Of a DNA stretch of 64,000 bases, positions 38,267 to 51,085 are shown in pieces (the first letter of the stretch is position 1; each line of letters opens with the position of its first letter). A program made the position numbers and the translations under genes. The DNA is from Lobosporangium transversale (taxonomy: Eukaryota), in NCBI RefSeq assembly GCF_002105155.1, contig NW_019028982.1, forward strand, positions 1 through 64,000, in the 5' to 3' direction. The notes under the pieces are model-generated. The model searched no databases. It saw only the letters and a program-made list of their open reading frames with translations, and was not told where the DNA came from.

Positions 38267-40195
38267 TGTTTCCAAGTGCTGTTTTGCTAGGATCAACAAT
38301 GGTACTAGTCTGAAAGTCATTGTAGATCCCCTATGGTAAGGCATATATGCTTGAACGGCGGTTTGCGGCCTGGAATGTGTAAGGAATCGGCCTATTGAAC
38401 ACGTTTTGGTCTGTCCTAATGTACGGTTTGTCAGTGGTAAGAGAAGCTTCGAAAAGGATGTTACCGAGGTCGTAGGCTGGATGATTGTGTGGCATCCTAC
38501 GCCACTGGCAACAAACTGCAATCCTTTGATCCTTTGGGCATCTTGAGTACTAAGAAATATGCCAACTAATAAATGCGCTCATGCAGCTTCCAGATGGAAT
38601 GAGCTGTGCCATTGGACAGGTATTAGGAAAGGCCGTGACAAGGACCCCAGATGAGGTGAGTCAAGGAGTACTGGACGTTGTGTCTCACAAGCAACGAATC
38701 GGGAAGAAATGAAGACTAGAGGTGGTGTACAACAAACATCGCGAGTAGGGTCAAAGTGAGAAGTTTTTACTAATATTTGATATCTTTGCCTTGCTCAATG
38801 CTGCACAGCCATTGGTTACGAATATCACTGATTTCCTTGAAACAGCTTCATCATGTTCCTACAGAAGGCGTCAGAATTATGCGATCTATCAGCTCCTAGA
38901 GCTTCCGCTTTCCGTTTTTCTCTTTCAAGAGTGCTGTGAAAGATGCCACATCCTGATATTTGTTAATGCCTTGTTGACTTCATGGAAAGAAATTCAACTC
39001 ATGCCCTCGTGAGCATGTTTCTGATCCTTATCCCACTAAAGGATTCATGCTCATGGTGCGCTTAATAACATTAGGCTGTTTATTATTATTAAAAAAAAAA
39101 AAAAAAAAAAAAAACTGTAAAGAATACCTTATAACAGAGATAAAGAAATACTAATGTTATTTTGGTCGTATAAAATATATACATGTACAATAAATCTTTG
39201 GAAAGCGATGTGGTTTGCAGGGACAGCAGTCATAGCAAGGGTTTTCTCAGTCTCTAAGAGCTTCCTTACAGTCATTTCTGTCAAGCTCTATTACAAAACA
39301 AAAACCTAGGAGAATGTTTTGTGTCGCGCGCAGATTCCAGTGGTCTTAGGTCGATTCTCTCTCCTATTATTCATATGCTTCGGAACATATCAAAAAGTGG
39401 ACTAGACTACAGAACTGTCTTACGCTTACTCTACAAAAAAAAGACTGACGCAATATCGCCTCGAAAAATGAATATTGGCTCTTACTTTTCGCATTTTACT
39501 TTATTGCCTTTCTTTTAGACATTGCCATTTCTTATATCGTTCAAGATTGTTTTTCACAAAGCGTCCATGAAAAAGACATTCAAAAGAATGACATTGTAGT
39601 GAACACTGACAATGTGGTGTAGACAGAAAGTGCTGCGTACAGGAAATGATCTACATTGTGTCGTTGAAAACCTTATTGGGGTAAAAAGTGCAATAAAATT
39701 TCTCAAAGGTGTGTAGGCACACACACCAAACATGTTGTCATTCATCATGATACACAACAAAATATCAGCGACATGCTCCCCTATTCTATTGAAATGAGCA
39801 CAGGGATGGACATGATTCTCCAGGGTCGTGTCATGGGGTCATTTGTCATGTTTTTGGAGCAGGTACTAAAACTCAACGCATTTGAGTACATCACATTCGC
39901 CATTCGCAATACCAAATTGTTTGGACTTTGGTACCTTCCAATGCTTTCTTTCATTTCTTTATTTCTTTATTTCTTTATATCACTAAAACACCACAGCTAC
40001 AACTATAACTAACCACAACAATAGCGGCAGTGATACCGATAACAATAAACGACAGTGATAGCGATAAACAAGAACGAGTGCCATTAAAGTGCTGAATAAC
40101 AATAACGATTCTTTGTTGCATTACTCACTTAACTCTTTCTTACAAAGGAACGAGTAACGCCATCACTCCTCTTAAAAAGCAATTCTCACTGTATA

Positions 40196-43100
40196 ATGTC
40201 GTTGAAGCCATTACCTCCCATTCCAGCAAATATAACAGAGAAAGAGCGGCGATCTCATCTTTTCTCGCCTACGACTCACCACCACAAACGCAAGTCTGAA
40301 GCAATGCCTACTCCTACTGTCAATGACGCAGCTGACCCGGCGACGTCTTCCCAAGAACCGCAGATCCAGGCACAGCTAAAAACGACAAAGGAGCCACGAG
40401 CACACCCAGTTGACACCTTCACCAGCATCCTGTCCTCACTTATGTTCTCTGCCGGACTTTCAACTTCCAAAGTGGCAACCACTGAATCAAATGATCCTTC
40501 AAGAGCATCTACACCAACACCGCCTATTGAACTTCCACCGGATTCTACTTCGGCAACACCCATAACGACATCTGCATCGCCCACTGCGACACCATTAGGA
40601 AATATCACTCAGTCTCTAGATACTCCCAACGTAGTTTCTCTTGATCAACGATCCTTTCAGCACTTACGCGCGATTGCTCGCCAATCCATTGCAAGCTCAT
40701 GTCTTGAGCCAGAGATACTGTGGTTGCGGCTCTTTATGGACGTGATGCAAAAAATTGCTGCTAATGCATCGGATGCATGGGTGCGGATTGAAGCAGCGCA
40801 TGCAGCAGCTCATAGGAGTCAATGTGAAAACAATAGATTGGAGCGCGCTAGAACAACAGATACTAACAATAAAAAGGCAGTGAAAGACAAGGATGATGAG
40901 AAAGAAAAGAATATGTCAAAGGGAAACGGCAAAGAAAATGAAAAAGAGAGTGGCGGTACTAAGCCTACCTTCTCTTACAGTATTTGTCTCAAGAAACACA
41001 TTAGTACCACGCAGGAATGCATCTTTACGCCTGGCAAGTTCGAGGGAGAATCCATCTTGCTTGAGGAGCGGTCGATCATAGAGCGAAGAAGACGTATGTT
41101 AATATAAATTGCCCCATAATTTGTGCACGAATTTTTCATACAATTAATCCCCATCGGCTTATTTATCCCAACATTTGGTACATAGCGCCAATGGAAGGAC
41201 AGCCTCGAATTGCTCTAGGAGGCACCATCACACTTTCAGCGAGCGCTGATGATTTGTCAAAGGTAGAAAGGATCTTAGAACTTTTAGTCTTTGCTCTTTG
41301 CTCTTTACAGCTGGAGGCCTATTTGATGCGTGATCACGACGTTGTGAGACCGGAACATAGCCTGAACATCGACACAGATACCAAGTTTGGCAAAGCCTCA
41401 CTTTCTTCGCAGCAAAACACTTTCAGCTCTTTGAAACGATCATCGAAGGGATCTGGCTTCTTTGGATGGTTATCCCGGGGCACACTGCCAGCGAAATATA
41501 AGAGAGGGACGACACAATTGGCCCTAGACGTAGATGTGAAGCCTAAACAACGTCGATTAGACCAAACCAGTACTGATACCAGCCTCGCAGAAGATTTTGG
41601 TATGACAGAAGATATACAGAATTTCCAAAGCTACCAATTTGCAAAGATAATTCAACAATTAGAAAAGGCAATCATTTCTGTCTCGCCAGACATATCATTT
41701 CCGCCGCCTCATCTTCTGCTCCGGCTACGGGACGAGGAAGCTGTCGGCTCAAATTCCAAAACAAAATCATATACATGGGAGGATGTGGAGTTTGTGGCGA
41801 AAAAAATTGGCTTCGGTAACCGTATGAATCGATCTAATGCACGCTCTGGGACCATCATGCGTCATTCCATGAAGAAAGGCGATTCCGCAAAGAGAACTAG
41901 GCTCCCAATCGACTCTCGGGCTGGGCTGGAACATCTGATGACCAACCTTAACTCACTACAAGGGATCTTCAACCATCAATCAATTTCGTTTTCATACTCT
42001 TATTACTGGTCTGCAACCGCCGCAGCACCATGTAATCCTCCAAATATGATTACAGTTGAATATTATCGCAAAGAAGGAGAATATGAAGATATGAGCCTGG
42101 GTGAGATGATTGAACACATCTGCAAGCGAGTCAATTCGAACTGCCTCGACAAAACATGTGGCCATAAACGACTTGAGCATATCTCTTCGTACACTCACGG
42201 CGAAGCTAGGGTCAACATTACAGTAGAACAGTTATCGGTAGATTCAGCTAGGGATTCAGACTTAAAGGATGTCAGCCCAGCTACAGGTTCCAAAGCAAAG
42301 GAGCTTATATCAACTACAGACTTCAAGGCAGAGGAGCCTACGCAGGCTACAGATTTCGATTCATGGGATTTCGAGCCATTTTTATCTGACAACAATACAA
42401 TGGCAGTCTGGACTCGATGCAAGATATGTAAATCAAGGACGAAACCCAATGCGCTCTCACGTGCCTCACGACTTTACTCTTTTGGGAAATACCTAGAGTT
42501 ATTATTTTATGCTCGGCATTTTGAACCAGGGCCTCGGCCCCTTTGTGAACACATTGTGAATAAGGATGCCACCGTGCGTTGCTTCTTATATCGACAACTT
42601 GTGGTGAATTTTGAGCACGAGAGTATTGATTTGTTTGAGATGCGCATATCGAGGCTACAAGTCCATGAAGATTTTCCACCGATGCCTCGCTATGAACCAG
42701 GCGACATGGATGATGATAGGCGAGGCTACTCAATTACGTCATCGTTCTCGATGGGACACCCCCCGCGAATAAATACTGTTCCTACTGTTTCTACGTCTCT
42801 TACCAGCATTGACTATTTTACAGAGAAAGAACAAGCCAATCTATTAGACCAGACTCGGCTAGAGATCCTGCGTTTTTATGAATCCTGTAAGAAGATCATT
42901 GTAATGATGGAGCAGCACTTAGGTGAGACAAAATCAATCTCAAAGCGTCCTAAAAATACGGCTCAGAAAATGGATTCAGCCGCGTCAGGAGTGATCGATC
43001 CAGTTAAGAAAGTAGCCTTAAAAACGTTAGATGAGTTTGGCGACCAATGGAAGCAGGATGAATTTGACCTTTACAACCAGCTAAAATACATCTCCATCCC

Positions 43101-46100
43101 GCAGCTGAATGATACTCGTAATCGATTTAAGGATTGTATCAAAAGAACTATGCGATCAATGGAAGCATGGCAGAAAGAGCACCATCCAGAATCATTAGCC
43201 AACCTCGAAAAAGAGTCGGTTAACTGGGTACTACCAGAATATTACATGTAAGGATACAAGCGTAAACTAAATACACATGCTCTCAAGAATTATATTATAA
43301 CTGAGGCTTGGCTAACACCTTGATGCAGACAATCTACTCTTCACACATTCCCAGGCTCTTCGGTGATCGTACGGGAAGATGAGATAAGCTCTATCATTGG
43401 ATGTACTCTAAGGTAGATAATAAATAGACGTCAATGATTAGGCAGCATCTACTCTAAGCCTTCTATATATGTCTTAATGTATATATATATCTAACTATTC
43501 CCTTCTTTCTTTCTTTCGTTCTTTCATTCTTCCTTCAATTCACCATCATAACTACAGCTCTTCTGATTATCTGACTCTGGTTTCGTCAATAATCAATCAT
43601 GAATGTAACCCAGCTGATACTGAAGACGAGAAAGCGCCTCAGCCGCCCCAGAAAGATTACCATTTTCGTACTCTGACTATCCCTATGCGTACTCCACTAA
43701 AAACCTCGAGATCTGATGGAAGTGTGACTCTTGTTGGGAGAAAGACGGGTAGTAACGGGAGCGAAGCCAGCACGACTGGCAATTCCGTCACCAATGGCTC
43801 AATTAATAAGGAGATACTTCACAGCCAAGGCGAAGAGAATGATGAAGACGATGAGTGTGAAGAAGACTCATTCTTGGTCGTGGACGGATATGAAACCAGC
43901 GTCAGATTCCTACATGTCCCTAAAGTTGATTTCACTAGCCTGATACCAAGCGGCACTATGTCTCCACGCAGTACGATTGGACTGCACTTTGGTAGTAGTC
44001 GGCACAACAAAACGTCAACATCAGTGCTAGGTGCAGGGTTAGCAGATAACAAAAAAGGTGACTCTACCTCCACTATAATCAGGCCTTTTAGTATGATGGC
44101 GCTTCCGAGCTCGACGCCAGCTCTTGTGAGCTCGTTATTGGCAAGCCCTGGAGAAAAACCAACTGCAAGTTCGTTTTTTGGTTCACCTTCTGAAAGCCAG
44201 CCCACCACGCCAAATCCAGGCTCCAAGTTCAAGGGTTCACTCGGCTACCGCACTTTGACATCAGGACTGAGTGGAACCATGAAGGGGCTCAGTCTTAATT
44301 CCCTTTCAGATAAGCTTGGTAGTGGGTTTGCTGGCTACAATGGCTCTGATGAAAAGAATGAGAGGGACACGCTCAAAACAGACCCTACCGAAAAGACTAT
44401 AAAAGAGACGTTGGCTATCGAGCGGGAGCTGGAATCGACAACCAAAAGTCCACATCTCAAGGCCCGTAAGTATTGAGCTTCAACATTTGAGGTTTAAAAT
44501 TTTGTTAACATGAAGTGAAGATTACAGTTTACCTGATATGATTCTATCTGATAATACGTGTAGGGTTCTCTCACGGAAAAATGTCTTTTTCATGCATTGT
44601 TTATTATGCAGCTGAATTTGATACACTTCGTCGTCGCTGTGGCATTCATCAAACATATGTTCAATCGCTCTCAAGATGCACTAGTTGGAGTGCGAACGGA
44701 GGCAAGAGTAAAAGTAGTTTTTACAAAACAAAAGGTATGCGTTCGCACTCGCAAGCTGTAGTTCTGCTGTAAGCCGGTCTATACACTGAATACTTCACAG
44801 AAAAAAAAAACACGCCCCAGTCTAAGAGGCACCTGCTAATGACTTGAACTTTTTCTTCTACACTGTAATATGTAACTTGGGGCTCTTAGACGACCGATTT
44901 GTGATTAAGCAAATGGTCTCTAGTTGGAACATTGCAGAAAAAGATGAGCTGCTGAAATTTGCTCCAAAATATTTTGAGTATATGGAAAAGCCGCATGATG
45001 CACCTACAGTCCTGGCAAAGATTTTTGGGTTCTATACTCTGAAGATCAAGAGCCGCGACTCAGGACAAGTTCTCAGGATTGATGTCTTGGTCATGGAGCA
45101 TTTGTTCTATAACCAAAAAATCACCAGGGTATGATTATCACCTTTAATATGACAAAAAATACTCAAATACTTTGAGCTTAACGAAAGCACTAATTTTTTG
45201 TTTTATTTTTTATTTTATCTTTATGCAAGACTTTTGATCTGAAGGGGATACAGGACCGACATGCAGGGTCAAAGATAAATGCAGGAAATAATGCTTCGAC
45301 TACGCTCTGGGATGGTGATTTTATTGAGGGCAGATACAAGACCTTACTATTGCTCTACTCGCACTCAAAGAAGATTATCCGAGAATCTCTTTTAAATGAC
45401 ACTGAATTCTTGGCTGGAGCCAATATTATGGATTATTCGCTTCTCGTGGGAGTAGATGATGAGCGGAAAGAATTGGTTGTTGGGATCGTCGGTAAGCTTT
45501 CTATCTCTTTATTGTTATTGCAACTAAAGTAGATATCTCATAAAAGTTCATTTGAGAAATCGAAAAATGACGTGGCCTTTTTCTTCTTTTTAACTCACTT
45601 GCATAGATTTTATTGGAGCATATACCTGGTACAAGAAGATTGAGTCCAAGGGTAAGACCACATTACGAGGAGCCAAAGATAGTGTTACGGTGTTACCTCC
45701 ACAACAATACAAGACTCGCTTCAGAGAAGCAATGGAGCGATATTTTTTGGCTATCCCAGGTAACGTGGTGCCTCTTTTTTTTATTTTATTTTTTTTTGAC
45801 GAATTGAGCAGGGCAAAACATGGCCGTCTTTCTGCTTATTGCGCAAACTAGAGTCTCTTTACTCGCTATTATTCCAGTTCTAATTTTCTGTCCTTTACTT
45901 TCTTTACAGATAAATGGTCCAAGACTGTGATTGAGCAAGAGCAAGAGGCAAAGAAGGAGGCTACAAACGCTTCAATACCAACCACTGTGCCTGAAGGGCC
46001 GAAAGGGAGTGCGTTGGATACATCGGATTCGGAGCAGCCCTTGAAGGACAAAACCTCAGGATATCTGGAGAAAATGTCGAAGGCAATTCTACCTACGTCT

Positions 46101-46262
46101 ACCAAACCATCTGATACGATGGCATCAATTGCTTCGACTACATTCGCATCAGAGCATCATGATAACAAATTAACTAGGATACTCAATACGGTGGAACAAT
46201 CGTACAACGATTCTGAACTTCGTGTTGGGAAACTGCCGCGCGTATTCCATCCATTAGACTGA
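40196..46262 (+). CDS. FAB1: Fab1/PIKfyve-like phosphatidylinositol-phosphate kinase without a visible FYVE domain (9 exons)
   Basis: Cys/His-rich CHK-like region (DMSLGEMIE, YTHGEARV, YSFGKYLEL), VREDEISSII, kinase motifs GGKSKSSFYKTK|DDRFVIKQ, FDLKG, MDYSLLVG, GIV|DFIGAYTW. Exons 40196-41093, 41186-43247, 43329-43412, 43558-44465, 44564-44734, 44890-45128, 45230-45491, 45607-45759, 45910-46262. Confidence 0.88.
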
Positions 46263-46992
46263 AGAAAACAAGCATTTTTCCTTCGTTTTCACATAGAGTT
46301 CCCATCATCCTCCGGACTCTAAGGGGGCTTAACTATTCACCACGCTGAGAAATACTAGTCTAACTAGGTATAGGGTCTGTTGTTTTGGGTCTTATGTTTC
46401 TATGCTAGCGGAGTTACGGAAAAAAACATGCATGATCAACAATAAAATGGGACGTCGTCAAATTAAGACTTACAATTTTAACCAAACTCATAGCGACATG
46501 CGATTTTGAAAAGATAATTGCTCCGCAACTAGATTTACCATCTAATCAAATGGAGCTAAGGACAAGTGACTATAATGATCCCATAAGGGTCCAGGTATGA
46601 ACACTACTCCATACTCAAGAACCTGTCTTCAACTTTTTTTTTATTATTAAAATGATTAAATGCAAAATATATTTACAATGGGTAAGAAGAAGAGAGGGGA
46701 GTTTTTCCATTTGGTCAAAGTAAAGGAGGAAAACAAAGTTGGGGTGAAAGGACTACAAATACATTATAGAAAGAAAAAAAAAAAAAAAAAAAAAGAACGC
46801 TCTTGTGTTTGCTACACGCGCATGCATATGTGCACGTTATGTGTATGAATATGTGCAATCGGATAAGAAAAAGTGGAGCTAAATAATTTCACACGAAAAT
46901 GAGGTGATTTCCAAAGATTATTGTGTCTTTGTGTATGGTATGTGAATGTGCCCTCCTTATTCTTTACACCAATACTGGGACGTTTCTTTTTT

Positions 46993-47976
46993 TCATGCAA
47001 CTTGAACAACCTGCTGTTGTTGGGCTTCAAGTACTGCCTGTTGTTGAGCAGCCAAAAGAGCCTGCTTCTTCTTCTGTGTGGCCTGGAATTCGGCCCTCAT
47101 CTTGAAGTAATCAACATGGAGACCACACTCGGACTTTTGCTTGCCCTCCCAGCGGCCCGAGCGTTCGTCATCGGGATTGGAGGCAGGCTTCGTTGAATGC
47201 CAATCACCGATCGAGCGGTAACCTTGATCCAAGAGGACATTGAAAGGGACCTGGTGAGCACGGAGATAGGTCCAAACCTGCTGAAAGGACCAGGTGGCCA
47301 AAGGATTTAGCTTAAGCAAACCTGTACCCGCCTCAACCTCAAGGATGTTCAAATGAGAACGATCACCCTTTTGAGAACGACGACGGCCAGAGATGACGGC
47401 TTGAGCACCCAACTCTTGGTAGGATCTTCGACCAGGCTCGACCTTTACTAAGTAGTCATAAGAAACCTCATCCGTCTCCCAGAGCTGCTTACCATAAAGG
47501 CGTTCAAAATCTTCAGTGGTCTCACAATTTTGAGGCTTGTAGACCTTCAAAGGGATGTTGTAATGATCCTGGACTCGTTGAGCCAAGTCCAAGGTCTCTT
47601 GGAAATGATACAAAGTGTCAATGAAGACCAAGGGAACAGGATGGCGACGAGTGTTGTAGCCGGATTTCTTGAACTTAGTTTGGCTATCGTCAAGATCCTC
47701 ATCGTCTTCAGAAGCGGATGAAGAGGCAGGGGTTGGATGAGCATTTGCAGCGGCTTGTTGATCAATGTGGATACGATTGATCATGTCCAAGATGACAAGA
47801 CCAGTGGGACCGAAAGCCGTGGTCTGGATAAGTCCTGGGAGCGTGAGCATAGCCCATTCGATGATCTTTTCTGCAGAGAGCTTCTCAAGTTTTGCATTGA
47901 TGAACTTGAGATGAGCAGGGGTAAAGATGGCGGTAGGAGAAGGAGAAGATTGTGTGGTGGATGTTGACTCTGGCAT
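46993..47976 (-). CDS. MET16: Phosphoadenosine phosphosulfate (PAPS) reductase
   Basis: QTTAFGPTG, FIDTLYHFQET, SGRRRSQ, GYRSIGDWHST, ERSGRW…ECGLH catalytic motif. Confidence 0.95.
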   Translation of the reverse strand: MPESTSTTQSSPSPTAIFTPAHLKFINAKLEKLSAEKIIEWAMLTLPGLIQTTAFGPTGLVILDMINRIHIDQQAAANAHPTPASSSASEDDEDLDDSQTKFKKSGYNTRRHPVPLVFIDTLYHFQETLDLAQRVQDHYNIPLKVYKPQNCETTEDFERLYGKQLWETDEVSYDYLVKVEPGRRSYQELGAQAVISGRRRSQKGDRSHLNILEVEAGTGLLKLNPLATWSFQQVWTYLRAHQVPFNVLLDQGYRSIGDWHSTKPASNPDDERSGRWEGKQKSECGLHVDYFKMRAEFQATQKKKQALLAAQQQAVLEAQQQQVVQVA

Positions 47977-48800
47977 GATGATATGATAAAACAGGTTTAA
48001 TATATAAAATATGAAGGATGTAGAGGTTGATATGTTTGTATGAGGAGTGGATTGGCAAGCACTAGAGTGAATTGAGGTGAGAGTACAGTGTATGAAAAAG
48101 AGGGGGAAGAGGGAAGCTATTTAAGAAGAGAGACAAAAGGAAGTGAGAGTGGAATGAAGTAAAAGAAAAGGAAGAAGAATATTTCTAGTTCTCCGGCGAG
48201 GGTTAAATAACGGACATGACAGCTCTTTTTTGTTTTCAAATGATAAAAAACCAACTTCAAAATGGCTCGATCTTCTGCTTCGGTGATAACGGACCAAACA
48301 TGGGGCGTGAATAATATAAGGCGGTTACCAGACTAAACGTAAACATGTCAATATTATCATTAATAAAAACAAGAAAGGCCTATGACAAATCATTCTCGAA
48401 AGTTCAAATGCGCAGATGGTACGTTGGCGATTTCTAATCGACTGTCATGACTTGACTTGACTTGACCAACATGAGTACGCAGCTTCATTTTTGTGAAGAT
48501 ATCCCATTAGGAAGGGGCAGGGTACGTTCAACACAAAGAGGACACGAACCATCCATTATCGATAGATCGATTGGCTCGCAGTCTACTTCTGACAAATACT
48601 GTTGTCTCAAGTTTTTTTTGCAACTGCATTGTTGCTAGCGCCACAAATAGCATCAATCGCCATATTGCGTCTTCTGGCAACGCGATGGTATCATCATCTA
48701 TCTCCATCCTCTTGGCGAATCACATTGCGAGGAGCGTCAACTACGGAAACTTATCAATCTACGGAGCAGTCACAACATTTTTACAAAATAAAATAAAGTA

Positions 48801-48872
48801 TTCCCAGTCCGGGGATCGAACCCGGGCCTTGTCGGTGAGAGCGACAAATCCTGACCACTGGACCAACTAGGA
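48801..48872 (-). tRNA. tRNA-Glu (anticodon CTC)
   Basis: TCCTAGTTGGTCCAGTGGTCAGGATTTGTCGCTCTCACCGACAAGGCCCGGGTTCGATCCCCGGACTGGGAA: 72-nt cloverleaf, TGTCG/CGACA anticodon stem, GTTCGA T-loop, T-runs downstream. Confidence 0.96.
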
Positions 48873-48976
48873 ATTCGTTAATACCTGACGATCTAAGGAC
48901 TATAAATTTCTAATTAGACCTCCTTTATTTCCTTGTATTATTTAGCTTATTTCCATCATGATCATGTTACCGAGGG

Positions 48977-49660
48977 CTGAGGGTCCTTGTTATCAAAAAA
49001 AAAAAAAAAAAAAAGACGCCGTGGTGATAGGAACGGCGATGATGAGCATGAGGAAGAGATAGAGCACACACCAGATTGGTCTGTGCAGGACATTTACCAT
49101 GGACTTACGCCCAAGTGCTCAGAGGCGGAAAGTTGGTTTCAAAACAAGATAGCTACATACATGACAGGGCTCTACGTCAAGGCTATGAAGAATTCGGTCG
49201 TACTGTTATGAGCAAACGCGCCAGAGGACGCAACTGTGTTGGGGAGCACAGACGTAGTAGCAATGATTTCCTTGTCCCTTCCCTCAGACAAAGACAGAAA
49301 CTGAATGTGAAAGAGATCTACAAGATTGCGGATGACCGGGTCCGGGACAGCTATCTTGGGAAAACTAAACTGGACGTGATGGAGCGGCTAGGTGGAATGA
49401 AGTTTTTGATGACTATGGATAGCGGATAGTTTGTCGCGTTGCGCAACAGGCCACGTCGGAAAGGTGGACTTTGAGTAGCAACCACGGCGGTCGGTTTATG
49501 AAATCATGGATGGAACGGCTCTCGCCGCTTGTGCAGTAATAACTGTTTATTGACTATAGTTTCTGGAGCATTTTGTTCATAGAGTGTAGAAATTAAATCC
49601 TATGACCCTGGGGTTCTTGTTATCAAAAAAAAATAAAATAAAATAAAATAAAATAAAAAA
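48977..49660 (+). repeat. Two copies of GGGTYCTTGTTATC plus A-rich tail, 630 bp apart
   Basis: 48981 gggtccttgttatc(A)20 and 49611 gggttcttgttatc(A)9(TAAAA)n. Confidence 0.55.
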
Positions 49661-50838
49661 GAGGAGAGACCACCATAGATAACCTTTGGGGCCATTGCGC
49701 AGAGACCATGAACAAACATACAACGGCAACATCTGGGAAAGCTAGAAGGACTGACGGTTATGCTTCATCCACCGAAGTAAATCCAGCAAGTCTCTTCTGA
49801 GCAATATTTACCAGCCCAAGAAGTGCTATCACAACTCAAGGTTCTGGTAGAGATACATAGTACAACAATGGGCTTTGTTCAACGATATAGTGTGGCGCAG
49901 AGACTCACACCTATTTCTTGTAATGCAACGTAGCGATACACATATACTAGTCGAGATCAACTAGTTGTAACGAGAGCTCATTACACGCAATGCCTACTTC
50001 ATTTATATGCTGCTGATCCAGCAAGGCGCCAGCAAGATAGGAGGTAATATTGAGTAGAATCTGGATACAGCAGTTCAGAAGCTCAAGGCGATCAAGCAGA
50101 TAGCAATTGAACCCTTTTGGATCCTCTTCAGTTTACAAACTCGAAGGAGAAGGTCGCCCCTTCAACAGCTACCAGGACTCCACAGGTCCATCTCAAGGTG
50201 GTGCGCGCGAGACCTATCATCAGTTTGTAAAGTTGGCGGGTGGCCGTGTGTACAGAACCAATGATGATAGTGAAGTGGTTATCTCTTTGCTGATGGCGAT
50301 GGTGGAGAATATGACAATAGAGATGATAAATACCAGACCGTAACTGCTCAAATAAAATCTGTATCCCCAGCTCGCGAGGTCACCTTGTCACGGAATGTAT
50401 CCGAAACTCGGACAACTGAGTGATTGGTTCCAAAGAAATTAAACAAAGCACTATCAAGAATAGCTTATTCTTTTAATCTATTGATTTACAGACTGTTGCG
50501 CCTTGAGATTTGGAAATGGAAATGCCCCTGAAGTGTACTCCCATTCACAAGGTCAGATATTTAGTGACGGCTACGGTGGGACTTAACATAAAGCGTCCGC
50601 CTAGCAATAAAGCTTTTGCTTGGCTTTATACAGACCATAAAACATTTCACAAGTAAGAATCGATTCAGTTACCACAGTAGACCGCTGCAAAATAATAACA
50701 ATGCTATGATTGCTTTCCAAACAAAGCTTTACCTGCTCACAAGTGTATAACACACCATATAATCAACTCATAGAAATCACTACTTTTTTTTTTTTTTTTT
50801 TTTTTTTAAATATGGCCATTTCTTTACTCTCTCTGTAT

Positions 50839-51085
50839 TAACCTAATGGCTACCCGCGGCTTCTTGCGCCAACAAAATGCTGGATTTTCTGGATTGAAGG
50901 ACCAAAGCGTGAGGAGCCGAACGCGAGACGTGAAGAAACCTACATAAGGAGTTTTATTCGTTTAAACTTCTCCGTCTCCGTCCCAGGGTTACGAGTCTCA
51001 TGCTTTTTTACAGCACAACAAGAAAACTATTTGTACTACAATCTCAAATTGACTCCTTTCGGGGCTCGTGCATTCATCCTTTTTT
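50839..51085 (+). ncRNA. Candidate structured non-coding RNA (unassigned)
   Basis: Hand-found stems: 50857-50869/50907-50919 (13 bp, 3 G-U), 50921-50930/50973-50981, 50991-50999/51061-51069 (9 bp, 2 G-U), closing stem 50839-50844/50986-50991. Ends near a T6 run. Confidence 0.3.

Noticed and set aside
38270..39012. Possible continuation of the Fanzor N-terminus
   Set aside because: The frames I translated show no motif I can tie to Fanzor or a transposase.
50836..50847. TAACCTAA as a possible telomerase template
   Set aside because: Too short, predicted to be base-paired, and no convincing pseudoknot.
50905..50920. AGCGTGA resembling U3 snoRNA box B
   Set aside because: No boxes A, C' or C/D at suitable spacing.
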